A stretch of DNA of 64,000 bases, taken from the NCBI RefSeq assembly GCF_009914755.1, contig NC_060934.1; one strand, written 5' to 3'. This DNA comes from the human T2T-CHM13v2.0 reference genome, Homo sapiens. The position numbers and the translations under genes are program-made. Positions 1 to 15,625 of this stretch are shown piece by piece. The first letter of the stretch is position 1. Every line of letters starts with the position of its first letter. Below the pieces are notes generated by a model. The model worked only from the letters and a program-made list of their open reading frames with translations. It was not told where the DNA came from and searched no databases.

Positions 1-499
1 TCAGTTTTCCTTGTCCAGAGTGAAACACCCACCTCAACATTCCATGCACAAAACATCTTGTCCGCTTGGACTTTGTTTTCATGTTTTATTCACTAGTCAT
101 TATTTCCCAGGAATGTGCATTCTCATCAAGCTTGTCTGTTGTAGCTTTCTGTTCTATAGATAATTAAGTGCTATAATTTCTGTCTGCAATGTATCTGTCT
201 GCAGATGACTTTGATTTTGCCACCACAGAGAGCTCATGCTTTGCAAGGCAGCCCATATCATTCATTGTTAGACAGCTGTAACTGCAAGGAAGGCCATTCT
301 CTCATTGAACGAGTCTGTCTCCCTGCCTCTCCTGAAGAAGGAAGAATTCTTCTGCAACAACTTCTTCCTCTTCATAAGACAGTCCTTTAAATATATGTAG
401 AGAACACTCCCATTTCGTCAAACAATTATCCCAAGCTGCTCATCCATTTTTTCAGTCATTTCTCATATTTTTCAGAACATATCCTGTTCAGTCTTCTTC

Positions 500-1380
500 C
501 TGTGCATTCATTCTAGTTATTCTGAATCCTCCCATCTTCTTCATAGGAGTCTATGCCAAACTGAGTATCCTCCATTCTGTTTTTCTGTGATTTATTTTTG
601 GAGAGCAAATATAAGACTTTACATCTCTTCTCCGTTGAGATTCATTCCATCAGTTTCAGCTGGTGTATGAGAATGTTGACAGCATTTTGAATTCTGACTC
701 TGTATTCTATAGTCCTGGCTATCTGTCTTGAATTTTTTTACTTGCATTGTTGACACAGTGGGCCCTCCCCTCTGCAGATTTTATATCCTTATATTCAACC
801 GACCGTGGATGGAAAATATTTGAAAAAAAAAGCAGTAAAAAATAACCATTCAACAATAAAAATAATACAAACAGAAAAACAATACAGCATGATAACTATT
901 TACATGGCATTTCCATTGTATTAGGTTTCATAAGTAATCTACAGATGATTTAAAGTATACGGAAGGGTGTGCATAGGTTATGTGCAAATACTATGTCATT
1001 TTTTATCAGGGACTTGAGCATCCTCAGATTTGGGTATGGAAGGGTCCTGGAACCAGTCCCTTGTGGTTATTTGTTGTCTTTATAAAATGTATTTTGTGTC
1101 TTCATAGAAGTCACTGATGAAAAAGTTGAAGTTTTAGAAACTATTCCCTGGATGGTACCAGGCCACAAATCAGTCTTCAGATTCAATTGTTCCTCAATTT
1201 CAAATCCAGCCCCTATTTCACCATACTTTCTATAAAAAGATTGTTAAATATTTCATCACAGGTTTTGCTGAAATCATTGCCTAGTATGTCCACCACAATT
1301 TTCTCATCAACTTGGAGATGCTATCAAAAATGGGACTAAATCTAGCATAGAGAGACTTCCCTATAGGAAGCTATGGTGGC
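500..1380 (-). mobile_element. Ancient L3/CR1 LINE fragments, split by MER2
   Basis: Minus strand near 1261-1290 (GACATACTAGGCAATGATTTCAGCAAAACC) resembles the CR1 RT D-I-x-x-x-D-F-S-K motif. Flanks resemble the recalled L3 consensus. Confidence 0.45.
756..1070 (+). mobile_element. MER2 (TcMar-Tigger) DNA transposon
   Basis: Contains cagtgggccctcc...ttcaaccgaccgtggatggaaaatattt...taagtaatctacagatgatttaaagtatacgg...gggtcctggaacc. Confidence 0.85.
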
Positions 1381-1463
1381 TGTGCCAGTAGAAGTGAACC
1401 CATTTGGTTAGCTGCCTTTGTTGCTGGCATCTTCCTCGGCTTCCCTTTGGCCCCCACACCCTG

Positions 1464-1797
<334 letters not shown>

Positions 1798-2199
1798 TGA
1801 CCATCAAAGAATTTACCTAATTCCTTTCCGGTATGACACCTCCCTTTAATGGTAGCTCTCTGTGCCTTAACCCAAAAGAATGAGTAAAGGGAATTTGTGG
1901 TAACTCTGGTTCTTGGTGTCATCACATTGCCTGGGAGGCTCCTATTTTGTGGAATTGACTCTTCTCTTCACATTAAACATTGTTTGTGCCTCTGTACTCT
2001 CCTCCCACAACTACCTCCCCAAACCCTACACTCTAACGTGGGCAAACATGGGCACGCCTGTGGCATGATCGGGAATCATCAATGTTCCCCAGGCCAGGCT
2101 TCTTTTAGCTAGAATTGAAATGGTCTGAAAGGATTTTTTGCCTTCAAAGGTAGTTTCTAGATGATGCTAACCTAAGTTAGACCAGTTAAGGTGTTTTTA

Positions 2200-2363
2200 T
2201 TTGCTTGTTTGTTTTGTTTTAAGAGACAGGATCTCACTCTGTTGCCAAGGCTGGAGTACACTGGTGCAATCAGCTCACTGCAGCCTCCAACTCCTGGGCT
2301 TAAGTGATCCTTCCACCTTAGCCTCTTGAGTAGCTGGGTCTACAGACACACTCCATGCCCAGC
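2200..2363 (-). mobile_element. Alu right monomer (FRAM/AluJ fragment)
   Basis: Single antisense arm with T-rich tail. Confidence 0.8.
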
Positions 2364-3686
2364 AGTTGTGATTTTTCAAAACCTCCACCTCTTCTTTTTC
2401 TCATTGCCTTTTCCAAGAGCCTTCTTCATGAGCAGAAAGCAAGAAGGCTCATTCGTTCATTCATTCATTCAGCAGAGTCATGACATACCTACTATATGCC
2501 AGTCCCCAGTAGGCACACAAGATTCAGAGGTGAGCAACGCAAACAACCCCTGCCCTCGGGGTGTTACCAGTCCAGCTAGGAAGACAGAAGTTACACACAT
2601 TAAAAACAGCAGTGTGGGATGGAGGTGATGGGAAAGATGGGGGGGGCATAGTTCAGCTGAGAGGTTGGGGCAGTGAGCAGATGGTAACCCAGGAAGGTGG
2701 TCACCTGAGTGTGCTCCAGAGCCTAAGCGAAGCCAACTGCCCCTGGGGACCATGCCCAGAATGATGTCCCCCCCCAAACTCTTCTGAATGCTCCCAGGAT
2801 TGAGGGTTTGTTTGCATCTTAGAGGGAATCTAATACGGTCTCATTTCATAGCCCACCTCAATTTAAACTCCGGGGCTTCACAGCCTTTGTTTATCTATAG
2901 AATATTTACCTAACTGTGGGCTTATTTAGTTTTTGGAGGAAAGCGTCTGTAGCACTTCCATTTCCTTGCTGCCGTTGCCAGATCTCCCCACCGAGACTCC
3001 CCTTCCTCTTCAAAACACCAGTGATGCCCAGAAGTGCCCTGAAGTCACCTTTTATAATTAGACTTTCTGACTTCTATCCCCAGGGCAGTGGATTTAAGAA
3101 ACGAGGGCTGGGAAATGTGTTTTTGATGACCATAACCAAGGCTCCGTTTATATGGCCTGGCAGCCTCAATGGAGTGCACTGTGCTTCTGACCCCCTCGCT
3201 GGGGGCGTCAAGGTCTCCTGGGCTGGCACACAGACGCCCAGGGCAGAAGAAAGAAAGGCAAAAAGGAATTTTACTGAGGACTTTTCTCACATTTATCTGT
3301 CTTTGCTCTTGATCTGCTTGGGCAGGGGCTGCTGGGATCCTAAGCGCAGTCTTCCACTCCCCTGGGTCTCCTCCCTGCCCCAGACCCCTCCCCTTAACCA
3401 GACAAGGTTACTTGGGCCTACTGTGGCTGGATGGCCACTCTATCGTCTCACTAGACATCCTTGAATTCCTCTTTCTCAGACCATCCCAGGGCCCGTTCCC
3501 TCCAGAAACACCCAAAACAAGAGTGAGAAGCTTTGCACAGAAACCCGGAGCTGCAGTCACAGAACGCGTCTGCAAACGTGGAAAATTTCTCTTTTGCACT
3601 CTCCCTAAACATTTGACAAGAATTAAAATTTCCCCCAGGGGAACCAATTTCACAGATTGAAACCAAACTTTTTTCCGTCTTATATG

Positions 3687-3710
3687 GTCTCTCTCTCTCT
3701 CTCTCTGTCT
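3687..3710. repeat. (CT)n microsatellite
   Basis: tctctctctctctctctctgtctct. Confidence 0.9.
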
Positions 3711-5092
3711 CTGATTAGAAAGAAATGATTTCCTCTGAAATAAAGCCGCTTGTGCTGGGAGTGCAGTGGTAAACACCGCCTGCCTAGAATGCCCCCGGTT
3801 TAAATTAGGGTGCTGCGGCCAGGCCCGTGTTTACTGTTCTGAATGCTTTTCAGAGCTGTCACAAGCCATATCCTACCGTGGCACCGAGGCCTGGCCAAGG
3901 CAAAACCTGTTTTCCCTGGAAAAATAATAAAATGCGGAGCCGGGTTCTTTTAAAATGGCTTCTGTTTCACAATTCCAGTTGACTTTTCTGTTGGGAAATG
4001 ATTCCCCATTAGGCCTTCAAGGCGGAGGAAGGGGTGGAGAGGCGGAGAGGACAGGGAGGGGGATGGAGCGGCAGAGAAGGACCCCTTTACACGCTGTGCT
4101 CTGTCCTCTGCCCTCTGCCCTGGAGCCAGGCTGGCTTGCGCTGAGCCCTTCCTGACTGAGCTGGGATCACCTTGTCTGACAGCATGGGACAATCAAGGCA
4201 CTGCAGAATCTACGTTCAGCAAAGGAACAGCAGTTGTCCCCGTCTGTTCTTATGCAGCTCTGGCTGGGCAGGGCTCCCTTCAAACAGGGACAGGGGCCAG
4301 CATCACTAGACAGAATCTACATCTGTAATGAAGCCGAGCTGCCACTGCATGTCAGCAGCTGGTGTCATTTTAAAACCATGGGGATGGGCCAGGGAAAATC
4401 CCAGGTCTCCAGGGGCAAGTTGGCTTCCAGGAAAACAAGAAATGGAAATGAGGGGCATGGGGCTGGGGAGGAGAGGGGCAGGAGTCCACTGAGCAGAGAT
4501 GTACAGTCATAAATATGCATGTCTGGTGATGCGCATTGCAAATTGAATTCTAACGTGCACACACAGGGTATATTGTAGCATGTTTATGACTATCCCAGAA
4601 AGGGTGGGGAGCTCAAACACACATTTGGAATTTTCATTGGAAACATATGTGCAATTAGCAAAAATGAAGGCATATCTTAGAAAAATTAAACCTGCACCTA
4701 AGCACTGGGCAAGCTGGCTTATTTCAACTTGCTCTGTCGGGGAGCATTACAGCACCCTCCTGATGTGGTGGTGGTGGCGGTGCAAGTTGAAAAGGCTTTG
4801 GGACACCTTTAGCCCTAAGGCAGGCTTTCCAGAGTCATGCTACCTACAAGTACCGCATAGGATGCTGGGCCCAACCTTTTATATTTAACACCCCGTGAGT
4901 CTCCAGTTACCCAGTTTGGAAAAGCGATTTAGAGAGAATTGACTCATTTTAATTTTAAACTTTTTGTTTCTCAAATTGAACACATCAGTGTGACCAACCT
5001 TTGGGCCATGGAGAAGAATGTTAGTAGCGCCCAGAAATCTCACTCAACTTCTCTTGCAGGTATCACCTTCTCCTTCTTATTCATTACATTTT

Positions 5093-5124
<32 letters not shown>

Positions 5125-5651
5125 TTTTAGTTTTGGTGGGTATGTAGTTTTTCTAGGTTAGCTACTAAAAATAGGGTGATTTATCTTGTGCCAGAACTTC
5201 AGGGCAAAGCCAACTCCAGTCCCCAGTGCCGTGAAGTGCCAGGCCCATGCCATCCTCAGCAGCAGTGACGGCTTCACTTCCCTGGCTGTGCCTCCAGCCT
5301 CCCAAGGCTCCCTGATGTTACCCAGTCTTCAGAGACAGGCTCAAATACCATCTCCCTGCAAGCTCTCCAGATCTCTCCCCTCCCAATTCCAGTGGCACTT
5401 GGAGTTCATTAATTCACTCATATGTATTGAGAATCAACCAATTCCAGGATGTTTACTCTCAAAGAATTTAGCACCATCTAGGGGGAGATACACAAATGGT
5501 GATGATGCACTGGGGGAAAAGACAAATAACATGCTATCGTCACTGCCGGGGCTGCCGGGGCTGGAAAGTACAGAAAGCTGGGGCTGGAAAGTACAGAAAG
5601 TGAGAGGGCATCCAAAGGGGAGAACTTCTCTCGGTCTCAAGAGGTTAGGGC

Positions 5652-5912
5652 TCGAGATCAGTCTGGCCAACATGGTGAAATCCCATCCCTACTAAAAATA
5701 CAAACATTAGCGGGCCTGGTGGCAGGCCCCTGTAATCCCAGCTACTCAGGAGGCTGAGGCATGAAAATCACTTGAACCCAGGAGGTAGAGGTTGCAGTGG
5801 GCCGAGATCATGCCACTGCATTCCAGCCTGGGCGATAGAGTGACATTCTGTCTCAAAAAAAAAAAAAAAAAAAGAAAGAAAGAAAGAAAGAAAAAAGAAA
5901 AGAAAAGAAAAA
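5652..5912 (+). mobile_element. 5'-truncated AluS with A/GAAA tail
   Basis: Starts at cgagatcagtctggccaacatgg. TTAGGGCT is repeated on both sides (TSD). Confidence 0.9.
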
Positions 5913-5929
5913 GACCTTAGGGCTGCTTC

Positions 5930-6710
5930 TGAAAACAAGAGGAACCTCAGCAGGGATGTGAGGCACTAATTGAGAGCTGTCCAGGTGAAGGGGCCAGTGA
6001 TAAGGAGAATAGAATTCAAGGCAGTGTGAATAACATATGCAAGAAGAGGAAAAGACTGGGAGGTGAAGTTGGAGAGATTAGCTGGGATTAGATCATGAAG
6101 ATATGTCCTTTTATGCTCTGGGTGACTATGCATTTCAGTTTGCCCTAGAAGAGACTCTATTTACACCTGTGGTCTCAGCATAACTATTATCATCTTCCCT
6201 CCTTCGCATTCAGTAAAGATTAGTTTGGTTGGGTGCAGTGGCTCACCCCTGTAATCCCAGCACTTTGGGAGGCTGAGGCAGGAGGATTGATTGAGCTCAG
6301 GAATTTGAAGCTGCAGTGATCTATGACCACACCACTGCACTCCAACCTGAGTGACAGAACAAGACCCATCTCTTAAAAAAACACTGATTGGTTTAGACAA
6401 CTAATAATCTGTCACCCCAGTTAATCCATGCCAGGGAATTTAAACTTAATCCTGAAGATAGGTCCAAGGAGCCAGTGAAATGTTTCCAGAAGGAAAGAAA
6501 CATGATCAACATTTGCATTTTAGGAAGATTATTTTGGCCACAGTAGAAGAAAATAATGCTGGAGGCAAGAGATGTTTTAGGAGATTATTGTAGTCATCCG
6601 AGGTAGAGATGAAGGTAGTCAGGATTAAAATACTGACAGTGATAATGGATAGATTCAAGACAGATGATAACTACTGAGAGAGAGGAATCACAAAGACTTG
6701 GTGATTTTAC
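5930..6710 (-). mobile_element. L2 fragments
   Basis: Contains aggaaagaaacatgatcaacatttgcattttaggaagatt and gattattgtagtcatccgaggtagagatg, typical of degenerate L2. Confidence 0.55.
6227..6381 (+). mobile_element. Alu monomer (FAM/FRAM-like)
   Basis: Single ~150-bp monomer ending in poly(A). Confidence 0.8.
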
Positions 6711-8440
6711 TTACTTTGTGTTCATTAGCTGTTTATATATGTTACTGCCTTCTAAGATTTAGATCTAGATTTTGCTGGTAGCCTGGTGCTCGGGTTCTAG
6801 GAACACAGAACCCTCGCAAGAGCTGGAAGAAGAAGGGAATGAGAGCAAGCTCCAGTGTGGTATCTTCCCTGTCTGGAACATATAGCTTTCCTGTGCTGAG
6901 TAGACTTCCAGAAAATGGTTCGGGCTGAGGCCAAGGTCATGGCTGGGGCGGGGCAGTACTGGTTTGGAGTGTTAGAGGCAGCATGGTAGCAATGGCGTTC
7001 TCCGCAAAGATCTCACCCTTTGACTAGGAGGTGGGTTTACATCCTGTAGTGCCGAGGAATGTTACAGGCTTGCAAGTTACATTTTAAAAAATATTTTATC
7101 AACACTTCTAGAGTGGAACAAACTCCAGTCAATGCCACATGTGTTTTCCATGTGCGTTCCGACTGTAGAGAGTAACCAAACAACTCTGTATTGAACTTGT
7201 CAGAATATAATAAAAAATTCCGCTAATTACTTCAGCATGAAGCCTACTGAACAATCTCCCTTAATCATCAGAAGCAGGTCCTATTAGTGAGCACCATGGC
7301 TCAGTAACACCGCCTCATTGTGTTTCTTGGACAACTGCAAAAGCTTATCTTTCACTGAAAGTTTTTCTCATTTTTGGATCCTTTTTCCCCGTAATAGTCA
7401 TCATTACTAACTACATCAAGGGTTCAGTGCTGGGAAAAGTACCATGCCAAGAAATACCTGAAATGGGAATGGACATTCACGTTGGAGTAGTGGTTTTTGC
7501 CAGAAATTGAACTCTAGCAATGAATTGAGTTTTCTAGGCTGCTGATTTCATTGCCTGTAAGTGCACCAAGTATAAAAATCTGCCAGTGTGGACACACTAT
7601 TTAGCATATATGCTTTACCTCTGAGAGGCCAGTAATAATGACAGAACAAAGTTAAAGGAGCTTTGAGCCTAGGAGGAAAAATTAAAAGGTTTGTAACATT
7701 TACAAAGAGAAACAATTATTTATCTTGATCTTTCTCATCTCTTGTTTCAGCTCCCTTTAAGCATCTACATGATCTGGAAAAAAAGTAAAGAAAAAAGAAA
7801 GTGAAATCAGTGAAAAGAAATAGTTCTCAAGTACAGAGAAGGCATAATTATTTATATGGATATGAGAGAGTCACAGTGCAGAGTCTGTAAATGTTTATAT
7901 TTGGTTTTAAAATGAAATATGGTAAGCTCCATTTACTATTCAAAAATCCAAATTTATAAAACAGATTTTTTTTGTTATTGTTGTTAGTGGGAAGAGGAGG
8001 TGGAAATGGTTGGGATAGGAGTTAATGCATATTGCAAAAAAATCCTTTACTTTGCAAAATGATTCACTGAAAGCTTCCCTTAAATAATAGCTCTGCTGGT
8101 GCATTTAATTTACCAAAGAAATCAATTTTAAACAGAGTTTTAGGAATAAAGTCTGTCTTAAGCAGTGGAAAGATTGCAGGCATTTAAAAATAAAAACAGA
8201 CTGAGGTGAATATTCAAGTAAATTTGCATTTTGTTAATAGACTTTTCTTAGGCAAGTGCAAGGATGAGGGCCTAAAACTGTGATGAGAGGTTCAGTGTAA
8301 GGGGAGAAACTTGAAGGAGTAAATTAGGTAGGACTGGGATAAGAGCACCAACTTATACTTAAAAATTGGATATAATATAATCTAAGGAATGAATTATAAT
8401 AGGAAACCTTGCTTCAGTAAAAGTAAGTTTAAAGATTTCA

Positions 8441-8747
<307 letters not shown>

Positions 8748-9714
8748 CTAGGTCAAGATGCTGTTAATGTTCCTTTAAGCTGGCAGGTAATTTCCTCTCT
8801 CCTTCCTAATTCCCACTGAAACAAACAAATAAATATGCAACAGAGAAGTCTGCATCAATATTTACCTGGTTTCTACAAAAGCAAGTATGTCAATTAGAAA
8901 AGAGCAAAGAGTGGAGAGAGAGTTGACCCTGATGGCTTCAGGCTGGTACTCCTGGGAAGACTTACAAGTGTACTTGAAAGGTAACATAAATAAAGTAAAA
9001 TAATTAATATTCATAATTTGGATCTAAAAGCTTAGATTATGTTAACAGTAATTGGGAGTTGGGAGATACGAGATAAAAGACTGTTAAATGTCTTGTTTTA
9101 CGTAATGGGAGGGGAGAACAGTGAATAGATATAATTTCTTGCTTAATTATGATCAAGAATTTAAGCTTGACTTTTATTGAAAGGCAACTTCTTATAGAAC
9201 AAACAAAGGAATAGAGAGAAAAGAATTATACCATAAATCAAGTCAGTGGGAAAAAGCAGTGTTTCTATTGATTGTTTCTATTAATACAGAGATAATTTGG
9301 AAGGAAAGACTGAAACTGAAAATCACAAGCAAATACTTTGGTGCTGGTAAGCATACAACACAGAGACACATGTCCCTTTTCTAGTGCTTAATGTGCCAGT
9401 CAGGTTTTGCATCTACAGAGGTAGATAGAATTGAATAGAAGTGAAGAGCTAAAAGGCTGCCTACACAAAATTCGAAGTCTGTTGAGAGAAAGAGGTCAAC
9501 TTAGCAAGTTCAGAGAACAGTTCCCTGTGGAAAAAGGTGACTTCTGAGTGAGCTGTAAGGCCAGGATGATCAAAGAAATTTTAGGAGGAGATTCACCTCA
9601 TTTGATAATACATTGATTGCTTGGCTATAATTCACACTCCCTTCATTACCTCAAGTCTTCAGACAAGACTTTACAAAAGGTTTGGAGGTAAGAAAAGCTT
9701 AGTATAAGGTTTGA

Positions 9715-10035
9715 GGTTAGGCATGGTAGCTCATGCCTATAATCCTAGTGCTTTGGGAAGCTGAGGCAGGAAGATTGCTTGAAGCCAGGAGTTCAAGACT
9801 GGCCTGGGCAACATAGCAAGATCCCATCTCTACAAAAAAAATTGAAAAAAAAAAAAAAAAAAGATTAGCCAGGCATGGTGGTGTGTGTCTGTATTTCAAG
9901 CTACTAGGAAGGCTGAGGTGGGAGGATCAGTTGAGCCCAGGAGTTAGAGGCTGCAGTGAGCTATGATGGTGCCACTGCACTCCTGGGAGACAAAGTGAGG
10001 CTCTGTCTTAAAAAAAATAATAAGCTAATAAAAAA
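9715..10035 (+). mobile_element. AluJ
   Basis: Full dimer with expanded middle A-tract. Confidence 0.9.
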
Positions 10036-10472
10036 GCAGGTTTAGAGTGATTAGGAGCTTGAGGGGGGGTAAGAGAAAAGGGAATAGGGAACACATCTGG
10101 GCCAGAATGAAGCTGCAAGGGTCATGCAGCTATGGGAATCACTGCTAGAGATGTTGAGAATAGAAGGCACAAAAATTCAGAAGCAAAATTCTCCATGAAA
10201 ATGTAAGCCCCTATAATCTCAGCGAGGGCATTCGATTTCTTTTTGAATGCAACTGAGAGAGTTAATAGTTTTATTTGTTTTGTGTTTAGGTATCGAGGGG
10301 CCATGTGACTTCTGGGGGTATAGAATAGAATATCTGTATTATTAGAGTTAAAAAGATAAATCTATCAAAAAGTAAAATGAAAAAATAGCCACAAACCATT
10401 AAATAAGATAATAGAATTGAGATAAAATAAAGCAGTTATCACATTGAATGTGTACAGTTAAACTTGCTATTA

Positions 10473-10809
10473 GGTTGGGCAAAATGGCTCACATCTGTAA
10501 TCTCAGTGCTTTGGGAGGCCAAAGAAGGAGGGTCACTTGAGGCCAGGAGTTCCAGACCAGCCTGGGCAAAATTGCAAGACCCTGTCTCTAAAACAAATAA
10601 ATAATAAATAAATAAATAAAAATCTGGGCATGGTGGCACGTTCCTATAATCCTAGCTACTTGGAGGCGGAGGCAGAGGATTGCTTCTGGCCAGGAGCTTG
10701 AGATTACACTGAGCTATAATTGCTCCAGTATACTCCAGCCTGAATGATAGAATGAGACCCTGTAGCTAAAAACAAAAAACCAACAACAACAAACAAAACA
10801 AACAAAAAC
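10473..10809 (+). mobile_element. AluJ
   Basis: Full dimer. TSD CTTGCTATTA. Confidence 0.9.
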
Positions 10810-11039
10810 CCTTGCTATTAAATCACAAGACAGAGACTTGCGCTCCATGGAAGGATGTAATAGGTCATAATAGCCCAATGCTTTGGCTGCAATAACGAAA
10901 GAAGAATACCAAGATTTTCCAAAATTATATATTTAAAGACATAGGAGAATTGTGGTAACAAAGAGACTAGATGAGTTGAAATTCTAATTGTGAAGTGAAC
11001 TTGCAATTACCAGCTCTTTCCTTTGCTGGATCAATGGGC

Positions 11040-12529
<1,490 letters not shown>

Positions 12530-12530
<1 letters not shown>

Positions 12531-12962
12531 GTGTGGTACACATGAAGAGGCCAGATTCCTCCTTCAGCTGCAAGGAGTGTTGTCAGCCAACAGCCATCAG
12601 CTGTCATTGATTTAGGGATTGCATCAGCAACAGAGAGGTGCCTGGACCAGGGTCACACACTCTTCCAGAAGCAGTTTACAGCTAATAATAGATCCAGGTG
12701 GGGGTATAAAGACAAAGGACTGGCCATTTTGGACAGTCACCTGTCCATTGGACAGGACAATTCAGAGAACGCTTTCAGCTCCAGAGCTTTCTGTGGGTTT
12801 GGCTGAGGCTGAGGGTCCCGCATGACACCTTGACATCTTCTACTGAGGCCTGCTTCCTTCCCTCATGATCAATAGGTATTGATCATGATTACTCAATAAT
12901 AAATATCCTGGACACAAAACAGTCTCAGAATCTGCTTCCAAGAGAACCCAATCTACAATACA
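12530..12962 (+). mobile_element. LTR16-like (ERVL) solo LTR
   Basis: TATA-like ggggtataaag, aataaa, and a terminus of gtctcagaatctgcttccaagagaacccaatctacaataca. Confidence 0.6.
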
Positions 12963-13520
12963 GTGTTAGATGGGAGCCTGCTAGGGTGCTGGAAATGTTC
13001 TATAATTTGACTTGAGAGTTGGATACACAAGTGTATGAATATGTAAAACTTCATTTAATTTTACATTTAAGATTTGTTCACCTTATGTAAATTGTACTAA
13101 AGAAAAAAGAAAAAAATGGCAAAGACTCAAACTGAGATTTAAAATAGGCTATATGGTCTTTTTAAAAAAGACACACCTAGAAGACTTGGCAAACAAGATA
13201 TATTACCAATATTTTGGAAGCAGGTAAATGGTGACTAACTTTAGAGAGAAAGTTGAAATCTAAGCCTATGAGCAAAGAAACCAATAAGAGGTAAGCCAGT
13301 TTCTACACATAGCCCCAGAAAAGCTCACAGATTCTAGATGTCAAGCTATGAAGACAAGAGGTAGAATGTGGTGGGAGTTGGAAAGGTTGGCCGAAAGGCC
13401 TTACACCAAGCAGTTAGTCTCCTGGATCCTTCCTTGACCCCATACTGCTGTGTCACTACTTCTCCCCATTTTTAGCAGCCTGAACTTGGCGCACAGCAGA
13501 AGCAGAAAAGTGAGTGTGAG

Positions 13521-14237
13521 GTGCCTGCCCAAGCCCTTGGGAGCCCATCTCTTGCACCAGTGGGCCCTGTATGTGGGACATGGGGTCAAAGGAGACTATT
13601 TTGGAGTTTTAAGATTTAATGACTGCCCTGCTGGGTTTTGGACTTGAGTGGGGCCTATAGCCCCTTTCTTGTGGCCGATTTCTCCCTTTTGGAACAGGAA
13701 TGTTTACCCAAAGGCTATACCCACATTGTATCTTGGAAGTAAGTAACTTGTTTTTCATTTTACAGGCTCATAGGTAGAAGGAACTTGCCTTATCTCAGAT
13801 GAGACTTTGGACTTTTGAGTTAATGCTAGAACGAGTTAAGACTTTGGGAGACTACCGGGAAGGTATGATTGCGTTTTGCAATATAAGAAGGACATGAGAT
13901 TTAGGGGGGAGCCTGGTAGAAGCTGTTTGGGTCATAGGGCGGATCCCTCATGGCTTGGCGCTGTCCTTGCAATAGTAAGTTCTCATGAGGTCTGGTTGTT
14001 ATCAAGTGTGGCACCTCCCCCATCCCTTGCTCCTGCTTTTGCCATGTGACCTGTCTTCTCCTGCTTCACCTTCGTCCCTCCTTGTAAGCTTCTTGAAGCC
14101 TCCCCAGAAGATGAGCAGATGCTGGCACAATTCTTCCTGTATAGCCTGCCCAACTGCAAGCCAATTAAACCTGTTTTCTTACAAGTTACCCAGTCTCAGG
14201 TATTTATTTATAGTAATAAAAAAAATAGCCTAATATA
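13521..14237 (+). mobile_element. MaLR MST-internal 3' end plus MSTB-like LTR lacking its 5' part
   Basis: Internal ggagttttaagatttaatgactgccctgctggg...ctcagatgagactttggactt. LTR gggcggatccctcatggcttgg...ttacccagtctcaggtatt...taatata. Confidence 0.85.
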
Positions 14238-14849
14238 GTGCCATATTGAAAATAGGCAGATCAAATGAAAGTTGACATCTTCAATAGTGAGACCTCTGGT
14301 CCTGTCCCTTCACTTGGGTCTCAGAATACTAACAGTCAGCATTATTCTCTAGCAGAAGATTCATTGATTTCTTTTTAAGGGAACTGACCAGCCCACATTA
14401 AAATGTCTCATTCTTTTTTTCTGACTGCAACATAGTGCTGTGTTTTTGGCAGTCAAGCTGTTGGCTTTCAGCAGGACCCAGGTGAGTCAAGTCAACCAGG
14501 CTGTTGGTTCTCGACATTCTGCACATTGCCTGGGGAGCTTATAAACAATACCTCAACCTCTCCTCGTGGGTTCATCTCCTCTGAGTTTCTCACTGCATTT
14601 GGGAGAGTGTTCAAGAAAATTTAATTAGAATGTCAAAATATTTTCTGAGTGCAATTGACATCTCAGTTATACTTACATAAAGAAAACAGCAACATTTTAA
14701 AAGAGGAATATTTTGAAAATAAATAAAATTACGATGATGTTAAATGCACTCTGATTTTCTATGTAAATCCTAATAGAGATTTTTATCAAAATCAGTCAAA
14801 TGGTCATAAATTTTACCCCAAATAATAAAAATAAAAGAAAAGGCAATAT

Positions 14850-15560
14850 TTAAAAAATTATTGAGGTATAACTTAATGTAGTGAAATGCACAAATCTTGA
14901 GTGTACAGCTCAATAAGTATTTTTATATGTATACACCTATACAACCACAATCCAGATCCAGTTATAGAACATTTCCAATATTCCAGAAGGCTTCCTTGCA
15001 CCCCTCTCAGTCAGCAAATCCAACAAAAGGCAACTATCTCCTGACCTCTATTACCATAGATTAGTTTTATTTTGAATTTCTTATTAATGTAATCAATTAA
15101 TACAATTAATAAGATTAATCTTTTAGTCTTTTGTGTGTGGCTTTTATTCAACATTATGCCTCTAAGATTCATTGATATTTCAGCATGTAGCAGTAGTTTA
15201 TTATTTTCATTGCTTTATGGTGCTCCATTTCATGAATATACCAACATTTTAAAAAATAAATTCTTCACTGGTGATAAACATTCTGGTTGTTTTCTGATTT
15301 TTAGCTATCATATTCATGCACATGTCTTTTGGTGAAAGTAAATACTCATTGTTACTAGAGGGAAAGCCAGGAGGGTTAATATTGGGTCATAGAGTATACA
15401 GTACATATGTTTAGCTTTAATAGACACTGCCAAAGAGTTTAGAAACATCTGTTCTAATTTACATTCCCACCAGCAGTATTTGAGAGCTCTAGTTGCTCCA
15501 AATCCATACCACCACTTGGTAATGTTTATACTTTATTTTTAGCCATTCTGGTAGACATGA
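14850..15560 (-). mobile_element. Old L1M 3' end
   Basis: Contains ttgaggtataactt...tgcacaaatcttgagtgtacagct...acattcccaccagcag...ttagccattctgg. Confidence 0.8.
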
Positions 15561-15578
15561 AAGTAGATGTGTTACTTT

Positions 15579-15625
15579 CATTACTTTTAATGGCAAAAAC
15601 TGCAATTACTTTCGCACCAATCTAA
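15579..15625. mobile_element. MADE1 (Hsmar1 MITE), one arm only
   Basis: cattacttttaatggcaaaaactgcaattactttcgcaccaatctaa followed by TA. Confidence 0.85.

Noticed and set aside
2916-3776. Overlapping 182-aa and 122-aa ORFs
   Set aside because: No recognisable domain; the 182-aa ORF starts at GTG; consistent with chance ORFs.
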